From assembly GCA_963779755.1 (NCBI GenBank), contig CAVZZO010000001.1, forward strand, positions 256,001 through 320,000: a stretch of DNA of 64,000 nucleotides. The letters run 5' to 3'. The notes under the pieces are model-generated. The model did not search any database and was not told the origin of the DNA. It saw only the letters and a program-made list of their open reading frames with translations. Origin of the DNA: an uncultured Gemmatimonadales bacterium (GTDB lineage Bacteria; Gemmatimonadota; Gemmatimonadetes; Gemmatimonadales; GWC2-71-9). Within the stretch, counting starts at the first letter, position 1. Every line of letters starts with the position of its first letter. The position numbers and the translations under genes were made by a program. Below are positions 46,603-55,285 of the stretch, piece after piece.

Positions 46603-48264
46603 CTACCCCTTCGGGTTCGGCGGCTTGGGTGGCTGCTTCCGCAGCCGTTCCTGGGAGATCCACCACTGCTGGGGGATGCTCACGAGGTTGCTGACCGAAT
46701 AATACAGGTTGAGTCCCGACGCGAAGTTGGCGAACAGCACGGTCATGACGACCGGCATCGCGTAGAGCATGATCTTGGTCTGCGGGTTGGGCTGCATGCC
46801 GCGCTGGGCGATCTTGTTCAGCACGTACATGGAGACGCCCATGATGACCGGGATGATGTAGTACGGATCCCGGCCCGACAGATCGTGCAGCCAGAGGAAA
46901 GGCGTGCCGCGCAGCTCGATGGTGGAGTCGAAGACGAAGAACAGCGCGAAGAGCACCGGGAGCGGGATGAACAGCGGCAGGCATCCCCCCAGCGGATTCA
47001 CGTTGTGTTCCTTGTACAGCTTGAACATCTCCTGCTGCAGCTTCTGCGGATTCTCCTTGTATTTGTCCTGGATCGCCTTCAGTTCGGGCTGGATGGCCTG
47101 CATTGCCATGCTGGAACGCATGGCCTTCTGGTTGAGGGGCCAGAGGACGACCCGCACCACGATGCCGAAGATGATCAGCACGATGCCGTAGGCGATGTGC
47201 AGATGCTGGTGCATCCAGACCAGCGTCCAGCGAACCGCCAGCGCCACCGGACGGATGACCGTCCGGAACCCGGGCCAGCCGTAGGGGTTCACATCGTCGA
47301 AGTCGTGACCGATCTGGCCCAGCCGGGAATACTCCATCGGCCCCGCATAGGCGCTGTAATGGAACGCGCCGGCGGGCCCGATCGGCATGCTGAGCTCGAC
47401 ATCGGCCTTGGAAGGCTGCTTGCCGGCGTTGGGCGCGGGGGTGGCCGTGACGCCGGTGATCCGCGGCTGGGTGCTGTCCAGCGCGAAGATGGCGGTGACG
47501 AAGTACTTGGACTTCACCGCGACCCATTCGAACGGCCCGTCCAGGGTCTTTATTTCCCCGGCTTTGAGCTTGGAAAACGGCGTGGCCTGGGTGCCGCTGG
47601 CCTTGGTCACCACCGCGAGCGAGCGATGCAGCTGGGAGGAGTCCGCCTCGGTGTTCCGGATGCCGGGCCCGAGGCCGATCAGCAGGACGCCGCCGTTGGG
47701 GCCCAGGCCATGTACGGTGCCTTCGACATCGAAGAGGTAGCGGTCGGGCAGGAAACGGTAGGTCAGCTCGGCCGAGACGCCCTGGCGGGAGGCGGAGAGC
47801 CGCAGGGTGGCCGGCGCGGTGACGTTGAGCTGCGTCGTGGACGGCGTAAAGGTCCATCGGTCCAGCCGCAGCGTGTCCTTCCCCACCAGCAGCTTGAGCC
47901 CGAGGAGATCGCTGTCGGGGTGCAGCAACTGCACCGCCGAATCGGCCCGCCCCGGGGCCATGGAGCGGAACTGGGGCAGCACGGCACGGATCAGGCGCCC
48001 GCCCAGCGTGCTCACGTCGTACTGGTAGAGCTGGCTGCTGGCGTGGACCGTGTCGGCCGGAACGGTATCGGGCGCGCCCGGCGTGGAGACCGGAGCCGGC
48101 GCACTGACCTGCGGAGCCGGGACAGCGACCGGGACCGTCGCATTGGTGTCCGGAGCCGCCGCAGCCGGCGGCCGGACCGGACGCGACGTGGGCTTGAGCA
48201 GGAAGGTCGGTACGATCGCGATGAGCATCATCAACACGATCGCCCAGATAATACGACGGTCCAT
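46603..48264 (-). CDS. yidC: Membrane protein insertase YidC
   Basis: N-terminal TM, periplasmic domain, YKEHNVNPLGGCLP, FLWLHDLSGRDPY, GLNLYYSVSN. Confidence 0.97.
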   Translation of the reverse strand: MDRRIIWAIVLMMLIAIVPTFLLKPTSRPVRPPAAAAPDTNATVPVAVPAPQVSAPAPVSTPGAPDTVPADTVHASSQLYQYDVSTLGGRLIRAVLPQFRSMAPGRADSAVQLLHPDSDLLGLKLLVGKDTLRLDRWTFTPSTTQLNVTAPATLRLSASRQGVSAELTYRFLPDRYLFDVEGTVHGLGPNGGVLLIGLGPGIRNTEADSSQLHRSLAVVTKASGTQATPFSKLKAGEIKTLDGPFEWVAVKSKYFVTAIFALDSTQPRITGVTATPAPNAGKQPSKADVELSMPIGPAGAFHYSAYAGPMEYSRLGQIGHDFDDVNPYGWPGFRTVIRPVALAVRWTLVWMHQHLHIAYGIVLIIFGIVVRVVLWPLNQKAMRSSMAMQAIQPELKAIQDKYKENPQKLQQEMFKLYKEHNVNPLGGCLPLFIPLPVLFALFFVFDSTIELRGTPFLWLHDLSGRDPYYIIPVIMGVSMYVLNKIAQRGMQPNPQTKIMLYAMPVVMTVLFANFASGLNLYYSVSNLVSIPQQWWISQERLRKQPPKPPNPKG

Positions 48265-48279
48265 TTACCGGATCACAGA

Positions 48280-48543
48280 TCAGGGAACAGGGTCAACACC
48301 GCCGGGGTGCCACGGATGGCAGCGCGCCAGGCGTCGCACGCCCAGCCACCCGCCCCGCAGGACTCCGTAGCGCCGCACCGCTTCCAGCGTATACTGCGAA
48401 CAGGACGGCGTGAAGCGGCAGCTGGGGGGCAGGAGCGGCGACAGGACTACCTGATACGCCCGGATCAGCAGGGCCACCGCCCGACGCGGCAGCAGCACCA
48501 GTCGCCGCACGCTCAGCGGCCCGGCGATACGATCCGGCTCCAT
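48280..48543 (-). CDS. yidD: Membrane protein insertion efficiency factor YidD
   Basis: [10 protein letters not shown]...[10 protein letters not shown]...[14 protein letters not shown]. Start uncertain. Confidence 0.93.
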   Translation of the reverse strand: MEPDRIAGPLSVRRLVLLPRRAVALLIRAYQVVLSPLLPPSCRFTPSCSQYTLEAVRRYGVLRGGWLGVRRLARCHPWHPGGVDPVP

Positions 48544-48863
48544 GACTCCAGCTCATTCCGCAGCGCTCCGAATCCGGCCTGGTAGGCCGGCGGACGCGCG
48601 CGGATCACGACATCCCGGGCCGGCTGCCGGCTCTGGAGATTCCGCCGCCAGATTTCCCGCAGACGCCGGCGCAAACGATTGCGGGCCACCGCGGAGGACT
48701 GATAGCGGGGAACGATCAGTCCGATCCGAGGGTGGCCCGCCGCGTTGTCCGCCCAGATCACGTCGAGGTGCTCCGTCCGGTGCCGCCGGCCGCCAGCCAG
48801 AACCCGCCGGATGTCCGAGGCCCGCGCGAGCCGCCAGGCCCGCGGAAGCCTCTCCGGCGTCAG
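48513..48863 (-). CDS. rnpA: Ribonuclease P protein component (probable CTG start)
   Basis: [25 protein letters not shown] (RNR motif), DVVIRAR. RnpA-like N-terminus [21 protein letters not shown] extends upstream of GTG 48761 to CTG 48863, which overlaps the rpmH stop. Confidence 0.88.
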   Translation of the reverse strand: MTPERLPRAWRLARASDIRRVLAGGRRHRTEHLDVIWADNAAGHPRIGLIVPRYQSSAVARNRLRRRLREIWRRNLQSRQPARDVVIRARPPAYQAGFGALRNELESWSRIVSPGR

Positions 48864-49021
48864 GCGCCTCCGTGCTTCGACGGCAGCGAGATCGCGAGCC
48901 GCTTCCGGCCCTTCTTGCGGCGACGGGACAGGACCTGCCGGCCCCAGCGATCCGCCATCCGGGCTCGAAAACCATGCTTGTTGATGCGCCGCCTGTTGCG
49001 CGGCCGATACGACGGTTTCAT
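48860..49021 (-). CDS. rpmH: 50S ribosomal protein L34
   Basis: Manual translation [61 protein letters not shown]; too short for the ORF track. Confidence 0.96.
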   Translation of the reverse strand: MKPSYRPRNRRRINKHGFRARMADRWGRQVLSRRRKKGRKRLAISLPSKHGGA

Positions 49022-49050
49022 GCGTTCCGTTATCCTCCCAAGAGCCCGGG

Positions 49051-49111
49051 AAGCTACCTACCAGACGCGGTTTCGGTCAAGGTTGACTTTTCCACATGGA
49101 GCCCGTACTAT
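49051..49111. promoter_or_regulatory. Back-to-back promoters for dnaA and rpmH with a DnaA box
   Basis: Plus: TTGACT (49083-88)-N17-TACTAT (49106-11) containing TTTTCCACA (49088-96). Minus: TTGACC (49080-75)-N18-TAGCTT. Confidence 0.75.
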
Positions 49112-49151
49112 CGTGCGCCCTTGCGAAGCCTCCCACCGTCATCCGAGTACG

Positions 49152-50538
49152 ATGCAGTTGTCCGCCAAAGAGGCATGGAAGCGTATTCTGGAAGACGCAC
49201 ATCGCGAACTTCCCGAGCATACGATCCGAACCTGGCTGGAGCCCACCGAACCGATCGCGCTGGACGACGATCGGCTGGTGCTGGGCGCCCCCGATCATTT
49301 CGCCGCCGAGTGGAATGAGTCGAAGCATGCGGGGCTGCTCGCCAAGCTCGCCGAGCCGGTCCTGGGACGGCCCACCAAGGTGGTCTTCCAGGTGCAGGAA
49401 GACCGGCAGCGCCGCCCCCAGATGGATTTTTTTGTGGCCCCCCCGCCCCCGGCGGGGGGCAGGCACGGCGCAGCGCTCCCGCACGCAGCCGCTCAACGAG
49501 CGCTACACCTTTGACACGTTCGTCATCGGCAAGTCCAACGAGTTGGCCGCCGCCGCCGCCCATGCCGTAGCCCAGGCGCCGGGCAAGACCTACAATCCCC
49601 TGTTCATCTACGGCGCCACCGGGCTGGGCAAGACCCACCTGATGCAGGCGATTGCCCATGCGGTGACCGAGCGGACACCGGGGACCCAGGTGCTCTACGT
49701 AGGCGCCGAGCAGTTCATCAACGAAGTCATCGAGAGCATCCACAGCCGGACCATGCCGGAGTTCCGGCGCCGCTACCGCACGGATGTAGACCTCTTCCTG
49801 GTGGACGACGTGCATTTCCTGGAAGGCAAGGAAATGACCCAGGAGGAGTTCTTTCATACATTTAACGCGCTGTACGAGGCCAAGAAGCAGATCGTCCTGA
49901 CCTCCGACCGCCCGCCCAAGGAAATTCCCGGGCTGGAGGCGCGCCTGGTCAGCCGGTTCGAATGGGGCATGGTGGCCGATATCGGCCAGCCCGACCTGGA
50001 GCACCGGATTGCCATCCTGCGGAAGAAGCAGGAACAGGACCATCTGGAGCTGACCATTCCCGACGATGTGCTTCGCTTCATCGCGGGACACGTCCGCTCC
50101 AGCGTGCGGGAGCTCGAGGGCTGCATCATCAAGCTGCTGCTCTACGCCTCGCTGAAGCACCGGGAAGTTTCCATCGAACTGGCCCGCGAGGCGCTGGCAG
50201 ATAAGATTAGAGTGGGCGAGGATGGCGCCGGCGCCGCGTCGCGGGCGTTGCCCACGATCGACAAGGTCCAGGAGGTCGTCGCCCGCCGCTGGGGCGTCAC
50301 GCCCGAGGGACTGCGCTCAAAGGCGCGGATCAAGTCGCTGACGGTGCCGCGCCAGATCGCCATGTTCCTGGCGCGCGACCTCCTGCAGATGCAACTGGTG
50401 GAAATCGGGATGGCGTTCGGCGGCCGCGATCACTCCACTGTGATTCACAGTGTGGACAAAGTCCAGCGGCAGATGGCCCGGGATCGCGGCCTCCGCGAGC
50501 GAATCGAGCTTGCGCGACAGGAGTTGTCCGCGCCATAA
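49152..50538 (+). CDS. dnaA: Chromosomal replication initiator DnaA (split by a +1 frameshift near 49427-49459)
   Basis: Domain I MQLSAKEAWKRIL...TWL in one frame; LNERYTFDTFVIG, YNPLFIYGATGLGKTHL, QEEFFHTFN, FGGRDHSTVIHS in the +1 frame; junction contains T7, C7 and G6 runs. Confidence 0.93.
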
Positions 50539-50762
50539 TCGCCGCGGCGTATGTGTACGGCTGGGGAGATGGGGAGAACCGCAACAACGCCCCCCGCTTT
50601 TCCAGACCCGCCCACACGCCGTCGACACGGTCGGAACGAGTCAGCCGTTGCAGGGGCCGGCAGTTGGCGCTGCCGTCCACATATCCAGAGCCTCTACTAC
50701 TATTACTAGTCTTTTCTAATAGAGTATTAGTAGTTAGTTCTCGCGCCGCGCAGAGGAGCCGC
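50539..50762. other. Probable replication origin oriC (degenerate DnaA boxes, DnaA-trios, AT-rich unwinding element)
   Basis: Lies between dnaA and dnaN. Box-like 9-mers at 50552, 50570, 50598, 50608, 50619, 50673, 50681, then GCCT, CTACTACTATTACTA (50694-50708) and an AT-rich tract to about 50740. Confidence 0.85.
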
Positions 50763-51875
50763 ATGAAGTTCACGATTACCCGTGAGCAACTCCAGGAAGG
50801 TCTCGTCGCCGTGGCAGCCAGCGTCCCGGCCAAGACCACACTGCCCGTCCTCAGCAACATCCTGGTCGAGGCCTCGGGCGACGGACTGCGCCTCTCCGGA
50901 ACGGATCTCGATATCGGGGTGAGCACGACCGTGCCCGCCAGCGTGGACCAGGAGGGCGCGATCACTCTCCCGGCCCGCAAGCTGGTCGAGATCGTCCGCG
51001 AGCTCCCCAGCGCCGCCATCCGCTTCACCAGCTCGGGCGAGCAGCGTGTCACCATCGAGTGCGGCCGGACCAAGTTCCGCCTGCTGGGGCTTCCGCGGGA
51101 GGAATTCCCCGCCTTTCCCTCGGTCAAGTTCGAGAACGCCTGGCGCAGCTCGGCCGGCGACCTGCAGAAACTGATCAGCCATGTCGCTTTTGCCGCGAGC
51201 ACCGAGGAAAGCCGCCCCATCCTGAACGGCGTGCTCTGGGAGCTGCGCCCGGAGCGCATGCGCATGGTTGCCACCAACGGCCACCGGCTGGCCCGGATGG
51301 ACGTGCCCGCCAGGTCTTCCGGCACCGAGCAGTCGGATCTCATCGTGCCCCCCAAAGCGCTGGAGCAGATCCGGCGGCTCTTCCCGGCCGAGGACGACAT
51401 CGAGATCGCCCGGAGCGAAAACCACCTCGGGTTCCGCTCCACCAGCACCCAGGTCTATACCCGGCTCATCGAAGGGCCCTATCCCAACTATGAGCAGGTC
51501 ATCCCCCGGGAGAATGACAAGGCCGCGACGGGCGACAAGGCCGCGCTCTCCAGCGCCCTCCGCCGCATGAGCATCGTGGCCAGCGACCAGACCCACCGCA
51601 TCCGCATGCAGTTCGCCAGCGGCAGCTGCAAGCTGTCGGTGCAGACTCCGGACCTGGGCGAGGCGCAGGAAGAGGTGAACGTCACCTATGAAGGCGATCC
51701 GCTCGAGATCGGCTTCAATGCCGCCTATATGCTGGAGATCATGAAATTCATGCCCACCGATGAGGTCCGGCTGACCTTCAAGGGGCCCGAGCGCGCCGCT
51801 ACCTGCGAGCCGGTGGGCTGGGACGATCCGGCGAGCTACCTGACACTGGTGATGCCGCTCAGGCTGGTGGACTAG
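50763..51875 (+). CDS. dnaN: DNA polymerase III beta sliding clamp
   Basis: MKFTITREQL, LPVLSNIL, GTDLD, SRPILNGV, ATNGHRLA, RLIEGPYPNY, IGFNAAY, VMPLR. Confidence 0.97.
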   Translation: MKFTITREQLQEGLVAVAASVPAKTTLPVLSNILVEASGDGLRLSGTDLDIGVSTTVPASVDQEGAITLPARKLVEIVRELPSAAIRFTSSGEQRVTIECGRTKFRLLGLPREEFPAFPSVKFENAWRSSAGDLQKLISHVAFAASTEESRPILNGVLWELRPERMRMVATNGHRLARMDVPARSSGTEQSDLIVPPKALEQIRRLFPAEDDIEIARSENHLGFRSTSTQVYTRLIEGPYPNYEQVIPRENDKAATGDKAALSSALRRMSIVASDQTHRIRMQFASGSCKLSVQTPDLGEAQEEVNVTYEGDPLEIGFNAAYMLEIMKFMPTDEVRLTFKGPERAATCEPVGWDDPASYLTLVMPLRLVD

Positions 51876-52842
51876 TCGAGGAATCAGGAACGCGGGAATC
51901 GGGAATCAGGGTGTCAGGGCGGCCTTCCGGAGATGGAGGGCCGTTTTCACTCCCCTCCATTCCCGAATCCCGATTCCCCGCCCCTTCCGGACTCGGTACG
52001 GAATCCGGAGACGGCAGAACCTCCGGAATCGCTTCAACATCCGGCACGAACTCCAGATCGGGGGCCGGCGGAATTTCCACCTGCTCCCCCCGCATCCGTC
52101 GCAGAATCAGATTCTGCCGCCAGCGCATCCGGCCGGGGTGAAAGTCGGGGTTGGATCGCAGCGGAAACGGCAGCTCTCCGGCCAGCGCCGCCGCCTGTTC
52201 CTGGGTCAGCCTCGAGGCCGGCCGGTGGAAGTAGTACCGGCTGGCGGCCTCGACGCCCCAGATGTCCGCCCCCAGCTCGGCGCTATTGAGATACAGCTCC
52301 AGGATCCGCGGCTTGTCGAGGGCCGCCTCCAGCCGGAGGGCGGTGACCGCCTCCTTCACTTTCCGCAGCGGATTACGTGAGGGCGACAGATAGAGATTCT
52401 TCGCCAGCTGCTGGGTGATGGTGCTGGCGCCCCGCAGAGCGTCGCGATGCTCCCAGGCGTGGTCCACCAGCCGGCGCAGCGTCCGGCGGTCGCGGGGAGA
52501 GTTCCAGCTGAAGCTGTCGCGCTGATAACCGATGGCGTGGAGAATGGCGAGGTAGTCGATCCCATGATGCTGCCAGAACCGGTCGTCCTCGCCCGTGGTG
52601 GCGGCCTGCCGCATTGCGGGGGCGATCGAGTCCAGCGGGATCGGCTGGTAAAGCCGCGGCCCCTCGCGGCCCATTTCGCCCCGGGCCGGCTCTTGTCCGC
52701 TCCGCATGGCCATGAACGCGGTTTCTGCCGGCCAGTGCGAACGGAACCAGACCGGGGGAGGCCAGACTGCCAGCAGCCAGAGGAGAAAAATCAGGACGGC
52801 GGCGCCGAGGCCGCGCGCGGCCAGGGACAGCGCGCGCCGCAC
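51859..52842 (-). CDS. mtgA: Monofunctional peptidoglycan transglycosylase (GT51)
   Basis: EDDRFWQHHGID, GASTITQQLAKNLYL, RKVKE, KPRILELYLN, GVEAASRYYF. Confidence 0.9.
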   Translation of the reverse strand: MRRALSLAARGLGAAVLIFLLWLLAVWPPPVWFRSHWPAETAFMAMRSGQEPARGEMGREGPRLYQPIPLDSIAPAMRQAATTGEDDRFWQHHGIDYLAILHAIGYQRDSFSWNSPRDRRTLRRLVDHAWEHRDALRGASTITQQLAKNLYLSPSRNPLRKVKEAVTALRLEAALDKPRILELYLNSAELGADIWGVEAASRYYFHRPASRLTQEQAAALAGELPFPLRSNPDFHPGRMRWRQNLILRRMRGEQVEIPPAPDLEFVPDVEAIPEVLPSPDSVPSPEGAGNRDSGMEGSENGPPSPEGRPDTLIPDSRVPDSSTSPPA

Positions 52843-52846
52843 GGGA

Positions 52847-53719
52847 TCAGGGCAGGAGGGTCAGCCGGGCGCGGCCGCGGATCTGCGCCGGGACGGTCTG
52901 GCCCACATCGGGAAGCGTCAGCGTCAGGGAGGCGGAATCGGCCACGGATGCCTCTACCAGGCGCCCATCCAGGGCGACGGAATGGGTGCCGGCGACGTGC
53001 CCCCGGCCCTCGACCGTCATGTCCTGGCCGAACCAGTTGCCGCTACCTGTAACGGCATAGTCTCCCTGGCTTTCGATCTGCAGGGCCGGCGCGTCGGCGA
53101 CCGCCAGGTACCCCTGCGCCGTGAACCGGCTCTGCCGGACCTCGGTGGCATCGAAGCGGGCCAGAGCGCGGAAGGGAATCTCCAGCGAGTCCTGCCAGGT
53201 CATCCCCGGCCGCGCGCCCTCCGGCGGCAACACCGGGAAGAGCGTATACAGCAGCGGCTCCAATTGCTCGACCATGAGGGAGGAGCGATCGGCCGTCAGC
53301 CCGGAGAGCCGGCCCCACCTGGTCATCTGGCCGGTCCAGGCCGCTCCCACGGCGCTGTCGGCCAGCGCCTGGAGGGCGCTGTCCGGTTGGGTCAGGCTGA
53401 CCGAATCGAGGCTCAGCCGGAGGTTCATGGGCGCGCTGCCGGCCTCCCGCAGCGTCACATAGCTGGTCCGGACGATGGTCTGGTTCTGTGTGGTGCCGTC
53501 CGGCATGCCCAGGGAGAGACTGTCGGTGGTATCAATGCGATACCGGGCCTCGACCGGGCGATAAAGAATCACCACCCGGTCGGGCACGGAGATCTCCGGT
53601 CGGGGCGCCGGGCCGCCGGCGGGGCGCTCGCCGGTCCCCCCGCTGGAGGACGAGGCGGCACACCCAGCTACCAGGCAGAGCGCCGTGATGACCGGCGCGA
53701 TACGGAAAGGCAAGGGCAT
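52847..53719 (-). CDS. Hypothetical lipoprotein
   Basis: Lipobox VAGC; beta-rich; LFPVLP..G.TW.D motif shared with the adjacent gene. Confidence 0.7.
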   Translation of the reverse strand: MPLPFRIAPVITALCLVAGCAASSSSGGTGERPAGGPAPRPEISVPDRVVILYRPVEARYRIDTTDSLSLGMPDGTTQNQTIVRTSYVTLREAGSAPMNLRLSLDSVSLTQPDSALQALADSAVGAAWTGQMTRWGRLSGLTADRSSLMVEQLEPLLYTLFPVLPPEGARPGMTWQDSLEIPFRALARFDATEVRQSRFTAQGYLAVADAPALQIESQGDYAVTGSGNWFGQDMTVEGRGHVAGTHSVALDGRLVEASVADSASLTLTLPDVGQTVPAQIRGRARLTLLP

Positions 53720-53724
53720 CGGAG

Positions 53725-54504
53725 CTACTGGAGCAGCGTCACCGTGGAGCTGGTGGTGGTCTTCATGGGAATATTCTGGGGGAACTGCGGCGAGCTCAGC
53801 TGCAGGTCCGCGCTGCCGCTGGCTTCACCGCCCAGATACCGCCCGTCGCTGGCGACATAATAGGTGGCGGTGCCCTGGCCCGTGCCCGACATGGTGATGC
53901 CGCCCTGCAGCTCGCCGGTGTACGCCTGGCTCGCCGCCGTGAGCACCTTCAGAGCCTGGGTGCCCTGCACCGTCTCCCGGCCCGCCACGCTGAAGTTGGT
54001 GATGGTCCGGACCGCCAGGCTGGAGTTCTCGTCCTGGAAGGTATGGTCGGTGGTGTCGGTCCAGGTGTCGCCCGACTTGGCGCCGTTCTTCACCCGGGGG
54101 AGGAAATTCGCCACCATCTGCTGCAGCTGATCGGGAGCCCCGGAATCGCCCACCGCGGTGAGCCCGGTGGTCTTTCCGTCGGGCGTCAGCAGGCCGTGCC
54201 AGCTCGCGCCCCAGGCGCTGTCCAGCGTCTCTCTGGCCTGCGGCGGCGGCGGCGTGGTGCTGTCGAACGTGATCGAATCGATGGTGATGGTGATCGCCTT
54301 GCCGCCGGTGGTGTCTTCCTGCACCAGGGTCATGAAATAGGAGGATTTCATGCTGTTCCGCTGCTCCGGCTGGCCCACCGGAGAGAGGTCGATGACCTGC
54401 TCCACCGAGGTGTCCACCCGGTAGTGCGAGGTTGCCGGCGCGGACCGGGAAGAGCCGAACAACACCAGCCCGCCGAAGAGGGCCAGCAGGGAACGAGAAG
54501 CCAT
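53725..54504 (-). CDS. Hypothetical secreted protein
   Basis: Signal peptide; Thr/Ser- and beta-rich; FLPRV..G.KSGDTWTD motif. Confidence 0.72.
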   Translation of the reverse strand: MASRSLLALFGGLVLFGSSRSAPATSHYRVDTSVEQVIDLSPVGQPEQRNSMKSSYFMTLVQEDTTGGKAITITIDSITFDSTTPPPPQARETLDSAWGASWHGLLTPDGKTTGLTAVGDSGAPDQLQQMVANFLPRVKNGAKSGDTWTDTTDHTFQDENSSLAVRTITNFSVAGRETVQGTQALKVLTAASQAYTGELQGGITMSGTGQGTATYYVASDGRYLGGEASGSADLQLSSPQFPQNIPMKTTTSSTVTLLQ

Positions 54505-54540
54505 GATACCTGCCTTGAGTAGAGGGCCGACCGGGCCTCC

Positions 54541-54762
54541 TCAGGAGGCCTGGTGATTCCTGGTCTTGCCGAAGACGGCGACGATCTCGTCGGCGTCGCT
54601 GGTAATGCGCAGCAGCTTCCATCCGCGGCGCAGCATGTCCGTGCGCCAGCCGGCCACCTTCTGCCATTCATCGGCGCCGGCGCGGAATACCCGCAGGTGA
54701 GCTACCTGCTCCCATTCCGCGGGATACGGCTGCGCGTCTCCCTTGTCTCTGCCTTCAGTCAT
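54541..54762 (-). CDS. Small hypothetical protein (73 aa)
   Basis: GC3-biased codons and a globular-looking sequence; same strand as neighbours, downstream of rnpB. Confidence 0.6.
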   Translation of the reverse strand: MTEGRDKGDAQPYPAEWEQVAHLRVFRAGADEWQKVAGWRTDMLRRGWKLLRITSDADEIVAVFGKTRNHQAS

Positions 54763-54844
54763 GGCCGGACGCCGTGAGATCGCCGGGGAAAGTTACCGGG
54801 CGGCCCGGTGGGAGCAACCCGGGCCGCCGGTATGAGGGGGAAAC

Positions 54845-55260
54845 GGAGGGCAGGGCCGTAAGCCGAGTTCTGTTCCTCCGGGCAGGAGCCCGAAAGGATG
54901 GTCATCTCTCTGGGATGGCTGTCGCCAGCCACCTCTAGCAGCCTACCCGCGGCTGCCGCCAGGCTCGCGCCTGGCGGGGGTCGGTGCGGGCCGCACCTCG
55001 CCGCCTATTTGGCCTTGCTCCGGCTGGGGGTTACCCTGCCACCGCTGTTGCCAGCGGTGCGGTGGGCTCTTACCCCACCTTTTCACCCTTACCCCGCCCC
55101 CGTGCCTCGCGGCCCGGGTTAGAGGCGGTATGTTTTCTGTGGCCCTTTCCGTCGCCTGATCGGCGCCCAGGCGTTACCTGGCAGCCTTGCCCTGTGGAGC
55201 TCGGACTTTCCTCGAGCCCCCGCCGAAGCGGGGGCCCGCGACCATCGCACCCTGCCTTCC
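54845..55260 (-). ncRNA. rnpB: RNase P RNA (type A)
   Basis: Minus strand contains GAGGAAAGTCCGAGCTC, GGAAAGGGCCACAGAAAAC, GGGGTAAGAGCCCACCGC and ACAGAACTCGGCTTAC; P1 GGAAGGCAGGG/CCCTGCCCTCC; upstream -10 TATATT. Confidence 0.97.
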
Positions 55261-55285
55261 GTGTGGGGAAATATAGCGGCCGGGC

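Noticed and set aside
50441..50459. DnaA-box-like TGATTCACA and TGTGGACAA inside dnaA
   Set aside because: They coincide with the conserved VIHSVDK codons, so coding constraint is sufficient to explain them.
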